NCBI GenBank assembly: GCA_011109175.1
Contig: RDEW01000087.1
Coordinates: 62,162 to 126,000 of the forward strand
Direction: 5' to 3'
DNA length: 63,839 bases
Source of the DNA: Dicyema japonicum
Taxonomy: Eukaryota; Animalia; Dicyemida
This document shows, one piece after another, positions 23,001-36,743 of this stretch; position 1 is the stretch's first letter, and each line of letters begins with the position of its first letter. The notes under the pieces were generated by a model that saw nothing but the letters and a program-made list of their open reading frames with translations, was not told where the DNA came from and searched no databases. The translations under genes and the position numbers were made by a program.

Positions 23001-25300
23001 ACCCCAAAATCACGAGAAAGATAATAAAATTTATCGTCTAATTAAGTGATCCAGGTATCCATCTTAGTCCTTTTCATCCAGTCCTTTTCATGCGGTTTAT
23101 CTACACAATGAGGAAGGTTTCTCTCATATCTTGGGCAGGCGTCCATATATAGTCTGATGTCCGGCCCGAAAGGATTTTCAAGGGACTTTGCCATCTTAAG
23201 GAAGTTCTTATAACATTCCGTAAGGTATTCCATGATTGGGGGGATGTTTAGTATTCTCCGTAGCAACAAAGTGGACATCTTTTTCGACGATATTGAAGTA
23301 TTCTGAGACATCGGTTTGTAAAACCTCCAGCTTGTTCTGTGCCGATAATGATAAGCACAGGCATACTCGATACTAGGTAGAACAAATTGTTTGTATAGAA
23401 GCTCTAACGATGGGCGGCAAGATACTCGAGAGTGAGTGAAAGCCAAAGACCCATCAGGTTTAGTAGATCTTGCATGGACCGTGTCGCCTTTTCGATTCTT
23501 CAATGTTTCACTGCGACCACAAGATCATTCGCATACGATAAAGAATTGTGTTTTTGGTGTTTGGGGATGGGAGGTCACTGAGGTTTTTCATCACATGGCC
23601 CATTCGATGTTGAAGTTAGCCAACAATAACTTGAATTTAGAATGGATCGACGTCGAAAAATTTTTGCAGTAAGGCTCTTCCGGGATACAGAGTCAAAAGC
23701 CTGTTCTACATTCACTGAGACCAAGCACGGTCTCTCTTGTGGATTTGGGGTATTCAGGCTGTCCGAATTGAATTGAACCATGAGTTGTTGTTGAGTCTCG
23801 CGGAATCCGTGTAGAAAAAATGCTAGAGTTATGAAAGGACGGATCTTGAGAAGGACCAGATTTATAACACTCCTGATAAGTCGCAGATGATGGATACCAG
23901 GCGGTAGGAGGACAGGCAGTTTGGTGGTTTGTTTTTCTTCAGGATAGGGTGTATCAAAGATTTCTTCCATATTGACGGATCTTGTTCCCGTTAATTGAAA
24001 GGTTGAAAATTTATGTTATTGAGGCTGTCGCAAAAGGACCCAGGTGTTTCAGTTCGAGAATGGAGAAGTCATCTGAACCGCGGGACGAAGAGTTATTCAT
24101 TTTCCTAATTACTAGTGCACCATTGAAGGGTCGAAGAAAGTCATGTTGGGGCATATATTCCGTCGACCATGACCTGAACGAACATCCAGGTCTTTTGAAT
24201 ATGGGTACTTCAAAATGTCACTAAAATTTGGACATGGCTCTCGATGTCCAATTAAATGCGGAGAGTTTCCTTATCGATTTCCATATTACAGTGGGGAAGC
24301 ATTGTTCGTAACTTTTCAGAGAAAAGCTTTCCAACGTTCTTTGTTGTGTTTTGTGATGTTCCATGTTACTTCTTAATTCAGTATTGATATCTATTCAGTT
24401 ACGTTCACTGATTGTCTTCCGAAATTCTTTAGCTTATTTCTCGTTTGGATTAGATCTCGCGTTTCAGCATCAATTGGGTGTATGGACATTGAGGACGACC
24501 CATCAGAATGCATCTTTTGCGAGCTCGGAGTATAATTTCGTTGAGGTATTTAACAACAGCGTCGATAGATCCGAAGTTATATCCGAAAGGCCTGAAGGTG
24601 TAGTTCGATAAAAAATAAAAGTTCACATTGGTTCTCGAAGTGTTCATTAATTTATGTTTTTGTGGGATCCTCATGAAGATCTGGTTATGGTCGGTATGTA
24701 AGTCGTATATAACATTCCATGAAATGATAGCCACAAGAGAAAGGGAGGCAAAAAATGTCGGGTGAAGTAGGGGTCCCTCCGTAACTTCTAGAATCCAGTA
24801 GTAGTCATTTTAGTGAATTAGTGCAAAGGATGTAGTCAATCTGGTTGAATATTGTTATAGACTGCCCATTAATCCCTTATCGTTAGTCCACCCAAGTCGT
24901 CTTTTGTTTAGGGGATGTTCAAAATTCGTATTAAACAGATATAGGTTAGTTGCTCTTCAGAAATCAACAATGGAGTCACGCAAAGATTTTTAAATCCCCT
25001 TCCATGAAATCTAAAGATCCTCACCATTCCTTTGTACCCCAGCCTTCGATTAAATCACCACATATGATTGTTAGAGTAGAATGTCGCAGGTACAACATAT
25101 ATGCTCGGGATATATTCATATAAAATTTCTACAGTTCCGCAATGTTTAGTGATATTCTGCTAGTTTTGGGGCATGAACATTGATTATTGTCATCAATGAT
25201 TTCTAGCTGGACGGGGATATCCGAATTTGGATTACAGCGATGAGGTCATTGATGCTCCATACTTTTTGTAGACGAGCAGCCAAAAGTATACTGATTCCAA
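23000..25300 (-). mobile_element. I/Jockey-group LINE (part of APE, RT, 3' tail), decayed; 3' part duplicated at 51620-52335
   Basis: PDI..SL..ISWNVIYDLHTDHNQI (end of APE); VNVEQAFDSV; LYKQFVLPSIEYAC; A-rich tail at about 23005. Confidence 0.8.
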
Positions 25301-26011
25301 AACCAAGTCACAGTGCTCTACTTCAACCAATTAGTCTTAATAAAATCTTTGGAATGTGTGGTTTTGTTAGAATTAAAAGATAAAAATAGTGGACACATTG
25401 GTTATCGGAGAAAGAGATTAAGTTCTCTAAGAAAAAAATGATTTTTATATGTTGATTAACTACAATAATGATTATTATGATTTATTTAATTGAAATAAAA
25501 TTATTTTATTAATGAAATACATTTCCTATACCAATTCTCATTTATTCTTTAAGGATTTCCCTGACTGAGTAGTTGTCAATGTGAGGCTCGACATGGAAAG
25601 CTAATGACACAAGTGGTGTCACAACCCAGCTATTTCCTATCCTTCGCATTTTGTTTTTGTTCAAATTTGTTTTTAACCCTGTTCCATGCTGCTCAGTTGG
25701 AAATTCAGATAATGTGTCTATGTTGATCTAATTACAGTTTGATAGCCCTAATGGTATTGCCATAAGGTTCATGTGTGTCCTAATTTCACAGCGAATATCT
25801 CGGGAAGATCTTCCTGCGATCCGTGCGGGTAGTGTAAATCTGGCAAATGAGACCATTACCTGCGTTCAAAATAAAGACATGACACGCTATATAAATCATT
25901 TTAAAGGGGAAGTATTTGATTAATATTTAAAATGATTTATGAAAACACACTCAAATTAATTAATTTTTAAGACCAAATCACCATTAAACCAAACTTAAAT
26001 TATAACAAATG

Positions 26012-26497
26012 TTAATCCCTATTCTTTACTTTAAATCTGAAAGAAACACAAAAAATTATCCTCCCTTTAGACTTTAATTTAATTTTAAATTCGATCACTA
26101 CTCTCTAAAATATAAAAATATAATAACCCTCTCTGAAAGTATTACATATTCATCTCGAAAAGTAAACGAATAATATTTTCCAGATCTCAGTGTGCATCCA
26201 AAACACTCAATTTCTCTATTCCAATTCAAATGTTCATGATTGATAAATGTAACTCCATATGTTCCTCTAAACCAATTGACGTTAAAATCTAATATGTATA
26301 TCAAATTACTAGATTTGATCTTTAAATTCATGAAAAATTTATGTAGTGAATTATTCGCTAATTTTTGAATGAAATAGACAGTCATTGTGCTATTACTACG
26401 TCCTAATATTGCTTAATTTTTAAGTACCACAATTGTTAAACCGAATTTTTCTTGAATCGACAATAAAGAATAAAATCCATGAAATTACAACATACAT
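26012..26497 (-). CDS. Intact secreted ML-domain (NPC2/MD-2-related lipid-recognition) protein, 145 aa, two tiny introns
   Basis: ATG 26497; introns 26403-26427 (25 nt) and 26105-26127 (23 nt); TAA 26012. MYVVISWILFFIVDSRKIRFNNCG|RSNSTMTV...EIECFGCTLRSGKYYSFTFRDEYVILSER|RVVIEFKIKLKSKGRIIFCVSFRFKVKNRD. Signal peptide, +.F.NCG start, C..C..G..Y and terminal FC+ match the ML pattern and size. The gene model is firmer than the domain call. Confidence 0.65.
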
Positions 26498-27409
26498 TTA
26501 ATTTAAATTTTATTATAATTTATGTAAAATTTGGTTTGCCAATAAAAAATAGAAATAGAATAAAACAACATATCAAAAAAATAGGAAGTTAGAAATTGTC
26601 TCCTGAACTGAAAAGTTCCAGGATGTTATAATTTCTTCTTTAAGATGTTTAAATCTTTCCATGATGTAATTTTCAATGAAATGGTGAAAGTTTTGAATAT
26701 GGAATCTACTCCGGGGATCACCTACCTTGATCCGAAATTTAGTAATCCGGATTCTCCTAAAGATCTATGCCGATAAGATGTATTCTATCGCTCTAAAACT
26801 GATGACAAATTGTATTAATCAAAAACTTGTTAGTATATGGGCGAATTTAATCAACTCAGTGAAACTCAATTGGCACAAGAAAGATGCCTAAGGAATAATC
26901 TCTCATTATTAAATCACTCAATATAGTAAATGAGAGTGGATTGTTTACCGCATGGGTGGATGTCAAAATCCGAAATCTGACGTAAATCTTCCTTTTTTGA
27001 ATCCGGTATGTATAAAAAATATACTTTAGTTATCTCATCGATTTTATGTATAATTATTTTCGCTAACACTTTCTGGAATTTTTTCATTAAAATAACTAAT
27101 AATTTTTCAGTCTTTGTTTTGGCTTCAATTTGTTCTTTTATTAATAAGCGTATGTTATTTTATAGCGGCTTATGATGTTTGATGTCGGTCGTGAAGATAA
27201 TACCGGATACTCTTGTAGTGTGATGCAAAAGTTCGCACAGTATGAATTGCATCTTCACAACCTCCGGAATGCCAATCAAAATCTGGGGTGGTTGCAGGTG
27301 TTAGATAAGCCAGAGAAGAACTGTACTGCACTCTAGTTACAACGCTAAGCGACGGAAAACGAAATCCACTGCAATGGCTCGGACTCCTCCTTTCTTTACG
27401 AAAGCCAGT

Positions 27410-27560
27410 AGTTTATTATTATTACTCCAGGATCACTTGGTCAAAGAGAAAGAAATAAAAGTTCTCAGCTAAGTGATCCCAGACTGACAAGGGAGAGGAC
27501 AAGTCCAGCGGGGTCCAGAGTCCTGTGCTCCTTCTCTCATCGGACATGGAGTCAGCTCAA
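27410..27560 (-). mobile_element. Isolated LINE/SINE 3' tail with 9-bp stem
   Basis: ggatcactt ... aagtgatcc inverted pair next to a (TAA)n tail. Confidence 0.55.
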
Positions 27561-28155
27561 TTTTTATATGTTTATAGATATTTTGTTAGTATATTAAACA
27601 GAGGGCAGCTCGGTAAAGTGATATGTGACTCACCTCTCTTGTGATGATATTTTGAAAAAAGGAGTTTCCCCTTCCTTATCTTGACGAGAGGAAAGACTAA
27701 AAGGACTTTTTACTCCGTTTGGGGATATTCCTGGTCAGCTCAAACTCAAGCCAGTAATTGGGCAGATTTAACTAAATTTAAATTTATTGAACAAGAAAAA
27801 CAACGTCATGAAAAAATTCAAGTGGTCTAGGCCTCTTTCAACAGTCGCATGCTTGGACTTTCATCTGACATCTTGATTGCACGTTTGTGTTCAATCGCCT
27901 TTCCATAGTTTTCTTTTCAAAACGATAATTGTATATATAGTTGTTTCCTCTATATTTTATCCATATTGAAGCAGTCAGAGACAACTGCTCTTAGGTTGAA
28001 TAATCTTCACTTGAGAGTCGTTAATGCTGTTAATTACTAGATTAATTTGTTGTCAAGAATCACTCCCCAAATATCCTTGGATAAACCTCCTGGTTAAAAA
28101 GGATGACCTATACAAAGACGAACTGTAAGAGACTATACATATTAGACCTTGGCAT

Positions 28156-28272
28156 TTTGCCTGATATTTCTCTGTTATATCTCATTTTTATTAGTATTCT
28201 CTCGTTTAAACTTAATTTTAATAAATCAAATGGGTCTTCCATATTTGATATTTGCTCCAGTTTAACAGATAT
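28156..28272 (-). pseudogene. LSM3: Second, 3'-truncated LSm3 fragment
   Basis: ISVKLEQISNMEDPFDLLKLSLNERILIKMRYNREISGK; copy of 1055-1171. Confidence 0.85.
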
Positions 28273-28399
28273 TGTTATTTTTAAATTATTAATTTTAATT
28301 TAATTAATTTATTGAATTAAATTTTTGCATAATGGTTGAGGTTGGTGACGCATCTCAAATTGCACTAATGTCTTTTCACTATTTTCAAACTCTCTGTTC

Positions 28400-29840
28400 A
28401 CGTCGTCGATCAAAAAGAGGTCACTCTGCAAGGATCTGAAACGATACTGCAAGAGACGAAAGTTAAAGAAGGACTTAACGAACAAATTGCTGACCACGAC
28501 CTTATCTTGCTTCTTTGGACTGTCACTACTACGGAATGGGCTTTGCGGTGGATATCAGACTCCGGGAATATACAAAAAGAATATGGAAAGTGAATGCCAG
28601 AATTTGCGTAATTCAATTGGAAACTGGATTTAACTCTACAATTATAAATGTATATGCACCTACATCTCCAAAAGTATCTGAAAACCCTACGGAACTGTAT
28701 GACTTTTACAGTTCACTATACACAACCCTTATGGAAATATCCACGAGCTACCAACTTTACATAAGTGGAGATGGAACGCGAAGGTCGAAAAAGGAGCCCG
28801 AGAACTGAGCTTCATAGGTACCCATGTGAGAGATCGGAGGAACATGTCTGGAGCAACTATGGCCAACTTCGCGATTAATAAACAATTATTCAATTTCAAC
28901 ACGCTGTAAGCCATACCACGACCTGGACTGGAGAACGCCGAGACTCAGATATACATGTAATCAAAATATATAACCAAATTGACTACATTCTGTGTCGACG
29001 ATCACAGAAATCCCTATTCTCAGATGCCCGAACATATGGAGAAACGCTAACATCGAGTGACCATAAACTATTGGTAATCAAACTTCTAAAAAAAAAGATT
29101 TTGGATTAACACAGTCAAAAACAGACACGGAGAAGTTAGATATGCAGTCGAACTCTTAGGAAGCAATCTTTTCCACAGAAATAACTATTCAGTAAAAATG
29201 TCACAAACCATAGAACCGATCAATCTCAATCTACCTGCTGAAAGTTTATGGAATAAACTCGTAAGCAAAATAAAATCAGTGGCTAATCACACGATTGGGA
29301 CAATTCCCAAAACCTTCAAAGGAATACACGACCCACATATAGATCACCTCTCCCATTTAAAAAAGGATCTACGTATCAAATGCATGAACACTCCAACAAA
29401 GTGAGAGCAGCTGAGTTCAAAATACAAAGAAACAAAATTATGCGAGAAATCATGAACAAATGTCAGATAAACCACGAAACAGAGCTACAAAATCTTGCAA
29501 ATGACGTAGAAAAGTACAAACACGAAGCGCAAATGTATGCATCTGTAGTAAAGATGCTAGTGCGAAAGAAGAAATCTAACAGTTCATGATGAACTCGGAA
29601 GAACCATTTACAACAACCAGGAACGCACAGACAGCATACCTGATCACTTCGAAAAATTTTTCAATTTTAAAAATGAAGAAACGCTTTATCTGTTTGATGG
29701 AGTCCCCAGAAAGCTATCACCAGAAATAACTTTAACAGAAGTTAAAAAGGCTGTGACCAGACTAAACAACACAAAAGTTCCAAGCCCAGATAATGTTAAT
29801 GCAGAGCTTATAAAATACGCTCCTGAAGAGTTACAAAAAC
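28400..29840 (+). mobile_element. RTE-like LINE, APE to start of RT, decayed
   Basis: NVYAPTSP, NQIDYILCR, LTSSDHKLL, KVPSPDNVNAELIKYAP. Confidence 0.85.
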
Positions 29841-29959
29841 TGGTACTTTTGCAATACATGCTTCACGAAATAAGGCTCTAAATAAATTAATGAAAACATT
29901 AAAAATATTGAACAATGCAGAATTTGTAAATATTATTATAAATTTTTTTAAATAAAATG

Positions 29960-30050
29960 CGAGAAGGGTTATGGCTAAGACAAAAGATTGGAATGGCCAT
30001 ACTCCGAGAGAACTCGTTCGCGATCCACGCAGCAGGCATCCTTAACTGAC
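29960..30050 (+). mobile_element. CRE-like element extreme 3' end
   Basis: WLRQKIGMAILRENSFAI resembles the CRE-type L.QR+S+A+QRGNA terminus. Confidence 0.45.
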
Positions 30051-30479
30051 ATTTGTTTAATTGTTAAAAAAATTATTTTGTTAAAAAAAAATTGCTAAAT
30101 CTTTACGACTTACTGGTGATAAAACGATACCGACAAAGTCAAAGCTGAGCCATTAACAACCCCCTACCTAAAAAGAAACCGTAATGAGCTTCATATAGAT
30201 AATCATTCCATTAACGAAAAAAGTTATTATTACAAAAATAAGTCACTTGTTTCTACGCAGCGTGATGTTCAGGACAATATCTAACGATCGCATCTATTAA
30301 TTCATCGAATGAGTTTTCCAAATGGCTCACTTGCCTTCTCCACAAAAATTCTACAAAATAACTCATAGTATTTAATACCTGCAAAATATAAACCCATGAA
30401 GTGAAGCGCGGTACTTCTTTGTCTTTTATTGCGGCATTTTGCGCTTCCCCACAATCTAAATTTTCCTATTTAATTTTTA

Positions 30480-30800
30480 TGTGAACCTCTCAACAGTCTG
30501 CGTGTGTGCACCTGTCCTCGGGTATATAAAAGTTGATAAATCGTGCGGTTGCTCCATTCCATTGACGCCGACACCATAAATTGTTTGTCTGTCGAAGCTC
30601 CAGATATATATGAAACAAATACAGGTTTGTATCGAAACTGTCGTGCCTTCAAGCCACGTACCTAAAAATAAAGTACTCTCTTATTATACCGTTTCTGACA
30701 GATCCATAAGTTCGGCACCCGCTTTTATCGCACATCCATGTTGTATTCTCCCGCTGATGGAGAAAGGTCTTCAAATGTCTTTTAAGGCATTTCTTTTATT
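30480..30800 (-). mobile_element. Merlin/ISXO2-like transposase fragment
   Basis: TFIYPRTGAHTQTVE. Confidence 0.55.
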
Positions 30801-31033
30801 TCAGGAAGATTCCAACCTCCTGAAGGAAGGCAACTGACTTTATTTCAGAATGTGGTAGTTCGTAGTCCTTCAGTTTTGAGAATTTTCGAATAACAACTAT
30901 ATCACTCATCTTCACAAGCCGGTAAAAAATTTAAAATTTTATTTTAAAAAATTTATAATAATATTTACAAATTCGGCATTGTTCATTTTTTTATTTTCTA
31001 ATATTCAAAAAAATTTCATTAATTAATTTAGAA

Positions 31034-31990
31034 CAGAGGTTGTCAAACGGTGTACCGCGGCACACTAAGTGTGCCGCAAGACAATTTCTTGTATGCCGCC
31101 TGCCAAATACGAATTTGAATAAATTTATATACATTTTTGACCTAATTAATTTAAAAAAATAAACGAATTAAAATAATTACTAAAATTAAAATAATCATTT
31201 TTTTATTATACATTAAATGACATTTACATTGGTTAACCATTATTAATTAATTTTTTAATAACGTGCGTATTAACGTGCTTATGGGTAAATCAGTTCGTCG
31301 TTTTTATAAAGATTCTTATTTGTCATTTGGATTTATATGCAAAGACAAAACTAAACTACCTCAATGTCTAATTTGCATGGATTTTTGGAAAATGATGCTA
31401 TGGTTTCTTGCAAACTAAAAAGACATTTTACTTCCAAGCATCCGGACTATTCCGAAAAATCTGTGGATTATTTAATCCATTTGAAAAAAACAACTTAAGT
31501 ATTATTTGGTTTTTACTATGAATCGTAGATCTAGTCAAATGATGTTCAGTGAAACTTTTTTAAACACAAAGGAATCATTGAAATGTTCATACCTGATCTC
31601 AGAAGTGATAGCAAAACAACTAAAACCTCACACTATTGGCGAAAACTTGATAATCCCTGCTTGTCGTATTATTGCTCGGACTATGTTTGGTCATAAATAT
31701 TAACAAAAAATAATAAAGATACCTTTGTCAGATAACACTGTTTCTTGTCGGATTTGTGCTGAAATGCGAGTGCCTTTGTTAACCATTCGACCTGATATTG
31801 ATGATATATGCAAAAACAATAATAATTAAGAATTCATTTTTTTATTAATAAAAATTTGGGCATTAAATTACCAATTTTTGTACTTAGTTTTACACATCTT
31901 AAAAAATTAATTTTTTTATTTTTTAATGTGTGCCGTGGATTATTTTTTTACGATTAGTGTGCCGCGAGAATTATTTTTTGAAAAGCTCTG
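31034..31990 (+). mobile_element. hAT Buster-type internal-deletion derivative (957 bp) with TIRs and 8-bp TSD
   Basis: TIRs cagaggttgtcaaa / (rc) cagagcttttcaaa; TSD ATTTAGAA on both sides with central TA; BED finger PQCLIC...KLKRHFTSKHP; KPHTIGENLIIPAC; IPLSDNTV. Confidence 0.92.
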
Positions 31991-32019
31991 ATTTAGAACC
32001 TTAATTCGTGAAGCATGTA

Positions 32020-32800
32020 TTGAAAAAGAATCAGTTGGTAAGTCACCCTTCTGAAGATCGCAGAAAGGTAAGGAAAGTCAAACGGTTCTCTTCCATGCAG
32101 AACTTGCACTGAGAGCCACCACAACAACAGGTAACCGCTTGACGCCACGTTATTTTTTTATTCACTACGGACAGTAGGTTTATAGGTGGACTCGTGATAT
32201 TTATCGGAAACACTCCCATCCCTTCTACGCGGACCTAGAAAATCCTTGGTGTAGTTTTCGATTCTCTGTTGACGTTCTCGAGTCACTGGAGGAGGTGCTC
32301 GCCATGGGTCTTCGGAAATGGAACATTCTGAATGCGATGATAAAGAAGAGCCCTTTCTTTTCGGCCGACTGCATCAGCAAGATCTATCAACAAGTAATCA
32401 TACCGACCATTGAATATGCCTGCTCCGCCTGGAGGTTTTCGATTCCCCTTTCGAGAGTGGACCGTTTGAACTCCCTCAGGCGGAGAATTGTGCACCGCAT
32501 GGACATCCCCATTGGCAACCATGAGGCAACGTTGAAAAATGGCCAGGGTTTCCTACGTTTCTGAAGGAACTGGGAATCCCATTAAAGGAAAAGGTGAGAG
32601 GAATTTCGGTCGGTAATAAAAAAGTGCACGCCGATCGAATTCTTTTGCAGAAGCAAAATAAGACGCTTCCGGAGTGCGGTTGGATCATCAAGAGACCAAT
32701 TGAAGAGAGTCCGGATGTTGCTGGAAGCTGGGATTACCTAATTGTTAGTTTTGACCTATCTTTCCTGGTAGTCTTGGGGTTAAATAAATAAATAAAAAGA
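32020..32800 (+). mobile_element. I/Jockey-group LINE 3' end
   Basis: KIYQQVIIPTIEYACSAW; hairpin followed by (TAAA)n at about 32780. Confidence 0.75.
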
Positions 32801-32829
32801 ACCAAAAACTCATTACTCACATTCTGAAC

Positions 32830-33880
32830 AAAACTTTTGAGGAACACTCCAGAATTAACATCGGAATCGGAAAATTAATCTTTTTACAAAAAACGGAGAT
32901 TGAAATAGTTAAGCTAAGACCAATCATACTACTCAAAATTCTATCGCTAATCGCTCTGGACAGAATTAATGCCCCACTACGTGGATTTATCGGAGCTAGC
33001 CAAAGTGGGTTTGTCTTTGGAAGATCAAATTCCGATGCCGTTTGGAGCCACTAATGGATGTGCTAAGGCATTTGACTGAATCAGCGAGTCAAGATGATAC
33101 AATATTAACACCACTACTCGAAGAAGATTGCATCAGAATAATTCGTTATCTTCCTCCATTCAACTATTTATCCAGCTCAGAAATCAAAAATCCAGTGTAT
33201 TCGGAACAAACAAGGGCGTTGTTTTGCGGTGTATTTATTAATAGTAATGAAAATATTAGTATTTTGGAGACAAAATATCTTTTTAGTCACTAATTTTCTT
33301 GGGATTTTGTCAGGACGATTCAGAAATCTTGGCTCGTCCGGTGATTTCCAGGGCCTTTGAGCGTACCCACTGTTTTCCTTGAAAAATAACCATGCAATCC
33401 GGAGCTATATAAATTTCCCGATCAAAGCTTCACAAGCCCAAAACAAGGATCGAAAAATTAAGACCAATTATTTTAATGAACACAATCCACAAAGTAGCAT
33501 AGTTCAATATGGAATCAAAAGAATACTGAAGTGTATTTACCAACACACTATATAGGATTCTGAAAAAAATTTGCGTTGGATGCTGTATAGAATTATAAAT
33601 AGAGATACTCGACTGTAAAAAAAAGATTCAAATCGGCCGCAAAATTCAAAGTATTGATATATCAAGAGCCTTTGTTTATATTAATCACTGAAACTCATTA
33701 AGTGATTGAAAATTCCTATACTTTTCCATACCCAAGTGATTAGATTTTTCCTATCAGATTCGGTACGAAGAACTTGCTCTCATACAGTGCTCTCATAGAG
33801 TCTACGATTTGGAATTTAAGGAAACGGACTCAGAAATTGGGCTTTTTTCACTTCACACGACAGAGACATTTTCATACAGA
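32830..33880 (+). mobile_element. RTE-like RT fragments (about 32830-33060 and 33430-33880)
   Basis: KLRPIILL..LSLIALDRI..SQSGFV.GRS.SDAVWSH; EKLRPIILMNTI. Confidence 0.6.
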
Positions 33881-33887
33881 TACTGAA

Positions 33888-36135
33888 TATCAAACAAAAC
33901 TGTATACGAAAGGATCAGTTGCTACGCAATTTTGATTAATTCACAAAAATATGGTGGAGACTCTCTGGACATGTATTTATAATAGAACTGGAAGGTTCAA
34001 CTAACGCTACCATAGATGACTTTTTTCTTCATTGGCCATTCTACAATTGATCCTTGACCATGACCCCTAAAGTCTCCAAGATATAGGTTTCGTACATGAC
34101 GATCAACAATCGTTATAACTTTATTGACCCGAGTACTGATGCCAATACACAGAACATCTGATCTCATCAAAATTATTAATGTGGGTAGTGTTTATTTTTT
34201 TATTTATTTAACACCCAAGACCACGGTAAAACCAAAACTAACTATCACGTGATCCCGATGCTTCCCGCAAAAATCCTCATTCATTCCCGTGCTCTTCCGT
34301 CGTAATCACACAAGCTCGTACTGGGCGGCTGACTGTAATTGCAGGGCCACCTTCCCACATGCCGGAGTTTTGTTTAATAAGGGCCTCTAGAGTAGTCAGT
34401 CCGGTTCTGTGTCTCCCACAAGATTACCGCTCCGTCATTCAGAAATCCTTCTTTTAAACGTCCTCGATTTTCTTAGTGTTCGTCCATGATAATGAAGGTC
34501 TCCAAGAAGCACACGCGTACGAGAAGCTTGGTTCGATGTATTGTTTGTAAATGTTCATCAAGACCGGGTGGGTATTTGTCTTCCATATTCCAGATAAACA
34601 TTTTAATACATTGATTCTCTTCTCGTACTTCAGAACAATGTTTGCCACGTGTGGTGACAAACATAAGTGCGTATCCAATGTCACCCCCAGGATCTTCTGA
34701 CATTTGCTGAGGGGGATTTCAACGTTGTCCAATTTTAACTTGACAGTCATCTTCCCCAACCTTTTGTCCAACTAACATAGACGTGACCGACTTTCTGGAA
34801 TTTATCGTGAGTTGAGTCTGTCCAGGTAAATTTGTAATCTTTCTGTAGCATTTTGGATATCTCGATCACGCGAGGCCAAAACAATGTCGTCCGCATGAGA
34901 GTAGAACATCGTTATTTGATTTCGGTGTCGGGAAGTCGGCCAGGTATAAATTAAATAAGGTGGGGGATAAAGGAGATCTTTGGGGGACACCATTTGGGAA
35001 AAGACGCGAGACTGATTTCAGTCCGCATACACGTCCTTTTCGTCCACTTAAGAATTTTGTTATCCAAAGTTTAAGCTTCCCCTAGATCTTGGACTGGAAA
35101 ATTTTCTTTAATAATATTTTTCTCAAAATAGAATAAAAAGCCTTGTTAATATCAATGGAACACAAGATTGTTTTCAAATGCCTGGTTTGTTTGAAAATCC
35201 ATCTCTAATAAAGTTAGTTAATTTCTGTAGATACGTTGATGTAGAACAATCTCTCTTGAATCCTTGTTAAATACTCAAAACCACTTTATCCAATCCTCCA
35301 AGATACGGTCTTATTTGAAATATAATAGCGTTCCATGGCTATGTTTAATGAGAAAATCCATTCCAATTTCGAGTTTGACTTCAGTATTTCCCGGTTGGCA
35401 TACAGCCATATTTCTTGAAATCGTAGTGAGTCAGACCGTCTTCTATCTCTGACAGTTCAAGTGGAAAGATTATAGCTTATCTGTTTTTTTCTTTTCGGAC
35501 ATTGTATTGAAATGTATCCTTAATGATAAATCATCAGGCTGAATATATTGCGTCGTACTTCGAGTACATATTAACTGTCCGCGGAGAAATATCTAAATAC
35601 CTGTGGATATGCCACCCAACTTGATATAGCTATCACACCTGGCGAAATCTCAAATGCAATTGTCAAACTTAAGAATGGTCTCTCTCCTGGACCGGATGGA
35701 ATCAATTCAGAAATTCTCAAATACGGACCACCAACACTAGCAGACAGACTGGCAGAACTACTCAACTCTATGTTTATAAAAATTGAATACTCGGTTTTGG
35801 ATCCGGAATATTCATTTTAATACAAAAACCTAACAAGTATGCTGGACTATTAATTTTAATACAAAAACCTAACAAGCATGCTGGACCTGTTGAAAATCAA
35901 GTCCAATAATATTGCTAAACACCTTACGGAAACTTCTGGCATTAATTACGCTGAATCGAATAGGAGAACAAATGTAAAACTATATATCCCCTAGTCTCAG
36001 TGGATTCAGGACTGGAAGATCCACTGCGGATGTAGTATGTGCTAACACGAAACTCAGAGTACGGGTCTGTAAAAAGTTATCGAGTTAATTTACGTTCAAT
36101 GTTGGTACTCCCTATGGAGATTCCCTCTCGCCCCT
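33888..36135. repeat. Segmental duplicate of 1661-3870 (Merlin fragment, I/Jockey LINE, RTE fragment)
   Basis: Collinear and highly similar across about 2.2 kb, including the junctions between unrelated TEs. Confidence 0.95.
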
Positions 36136-36743
36136 AATAATTCATTCTTTGATCTTTTTGATGATATTATGATAATTGATAAACAATTGATTAATAAACA
36201 TTCTTTTTATTATTGTCAAATTATTTTTTCTCATATTTTTCTCAATATTTCTTGTTTAAGAATTAAAATATTTAATAGTGAAGAAAATATTGGATTTTTC
36301 ATAATTGGTTATTTATTTATATATTTTAGGGTCATTTTGCATTAATTCCACTAGTGAAACAACAGTTTTTCCAGATATTACTAGAACTAAAATTAAAACT
36401 GTCAACTCAAGTGATAACTCCAAATATTATTAGAACTGAAATTAAAAATGAGTCAACTCAAGTGATAACTCCAAATATTATTATAACTGAAATTAAAACT
36501 GTGTCAACTCAATTGATAACTCCAAATATTATTATAACTGAAATTAATACCAAGTCAACTCCAAAAATGATAACTCCATATAATAATACTCTATTTAAAA
36601 GTAAGTCATCTATTCGAACAGTGATAATCGTCAGTATTATTATAATACTTATTATAATCATTGCCATTGCCATTGCTTATTACTACATGAGGTTGAGAAA
36701 CAGACCTGTCGAGAGTAGTAGATCAATATTACTTAACTTTTAA
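36136..36743 (+). pseudogene. Surface-protein family copy, 3' half; four stalk units, TM and tail; frameshifted
   Basis: FYYCQII..ISCL, 22-nt intron gttatttatttatatattttag, STQVITPNIIRTEIKNE repeats, TVIIVSIIIILIIIIAIAIAYYY; 2-nt deletion after the first stalk unit. Confidence 0.8.

Noticed and set aside
26570-27170. Possible MULE transposase remnant (FHHFIENY...SWNF)
   Set aside because: Motif match too weak to support a call.
33060-33293. IIRYLPPF as a Tc1/IS630 transposase motif
   Set aside because: Lacks the following SP.LNPIE; unsupported.
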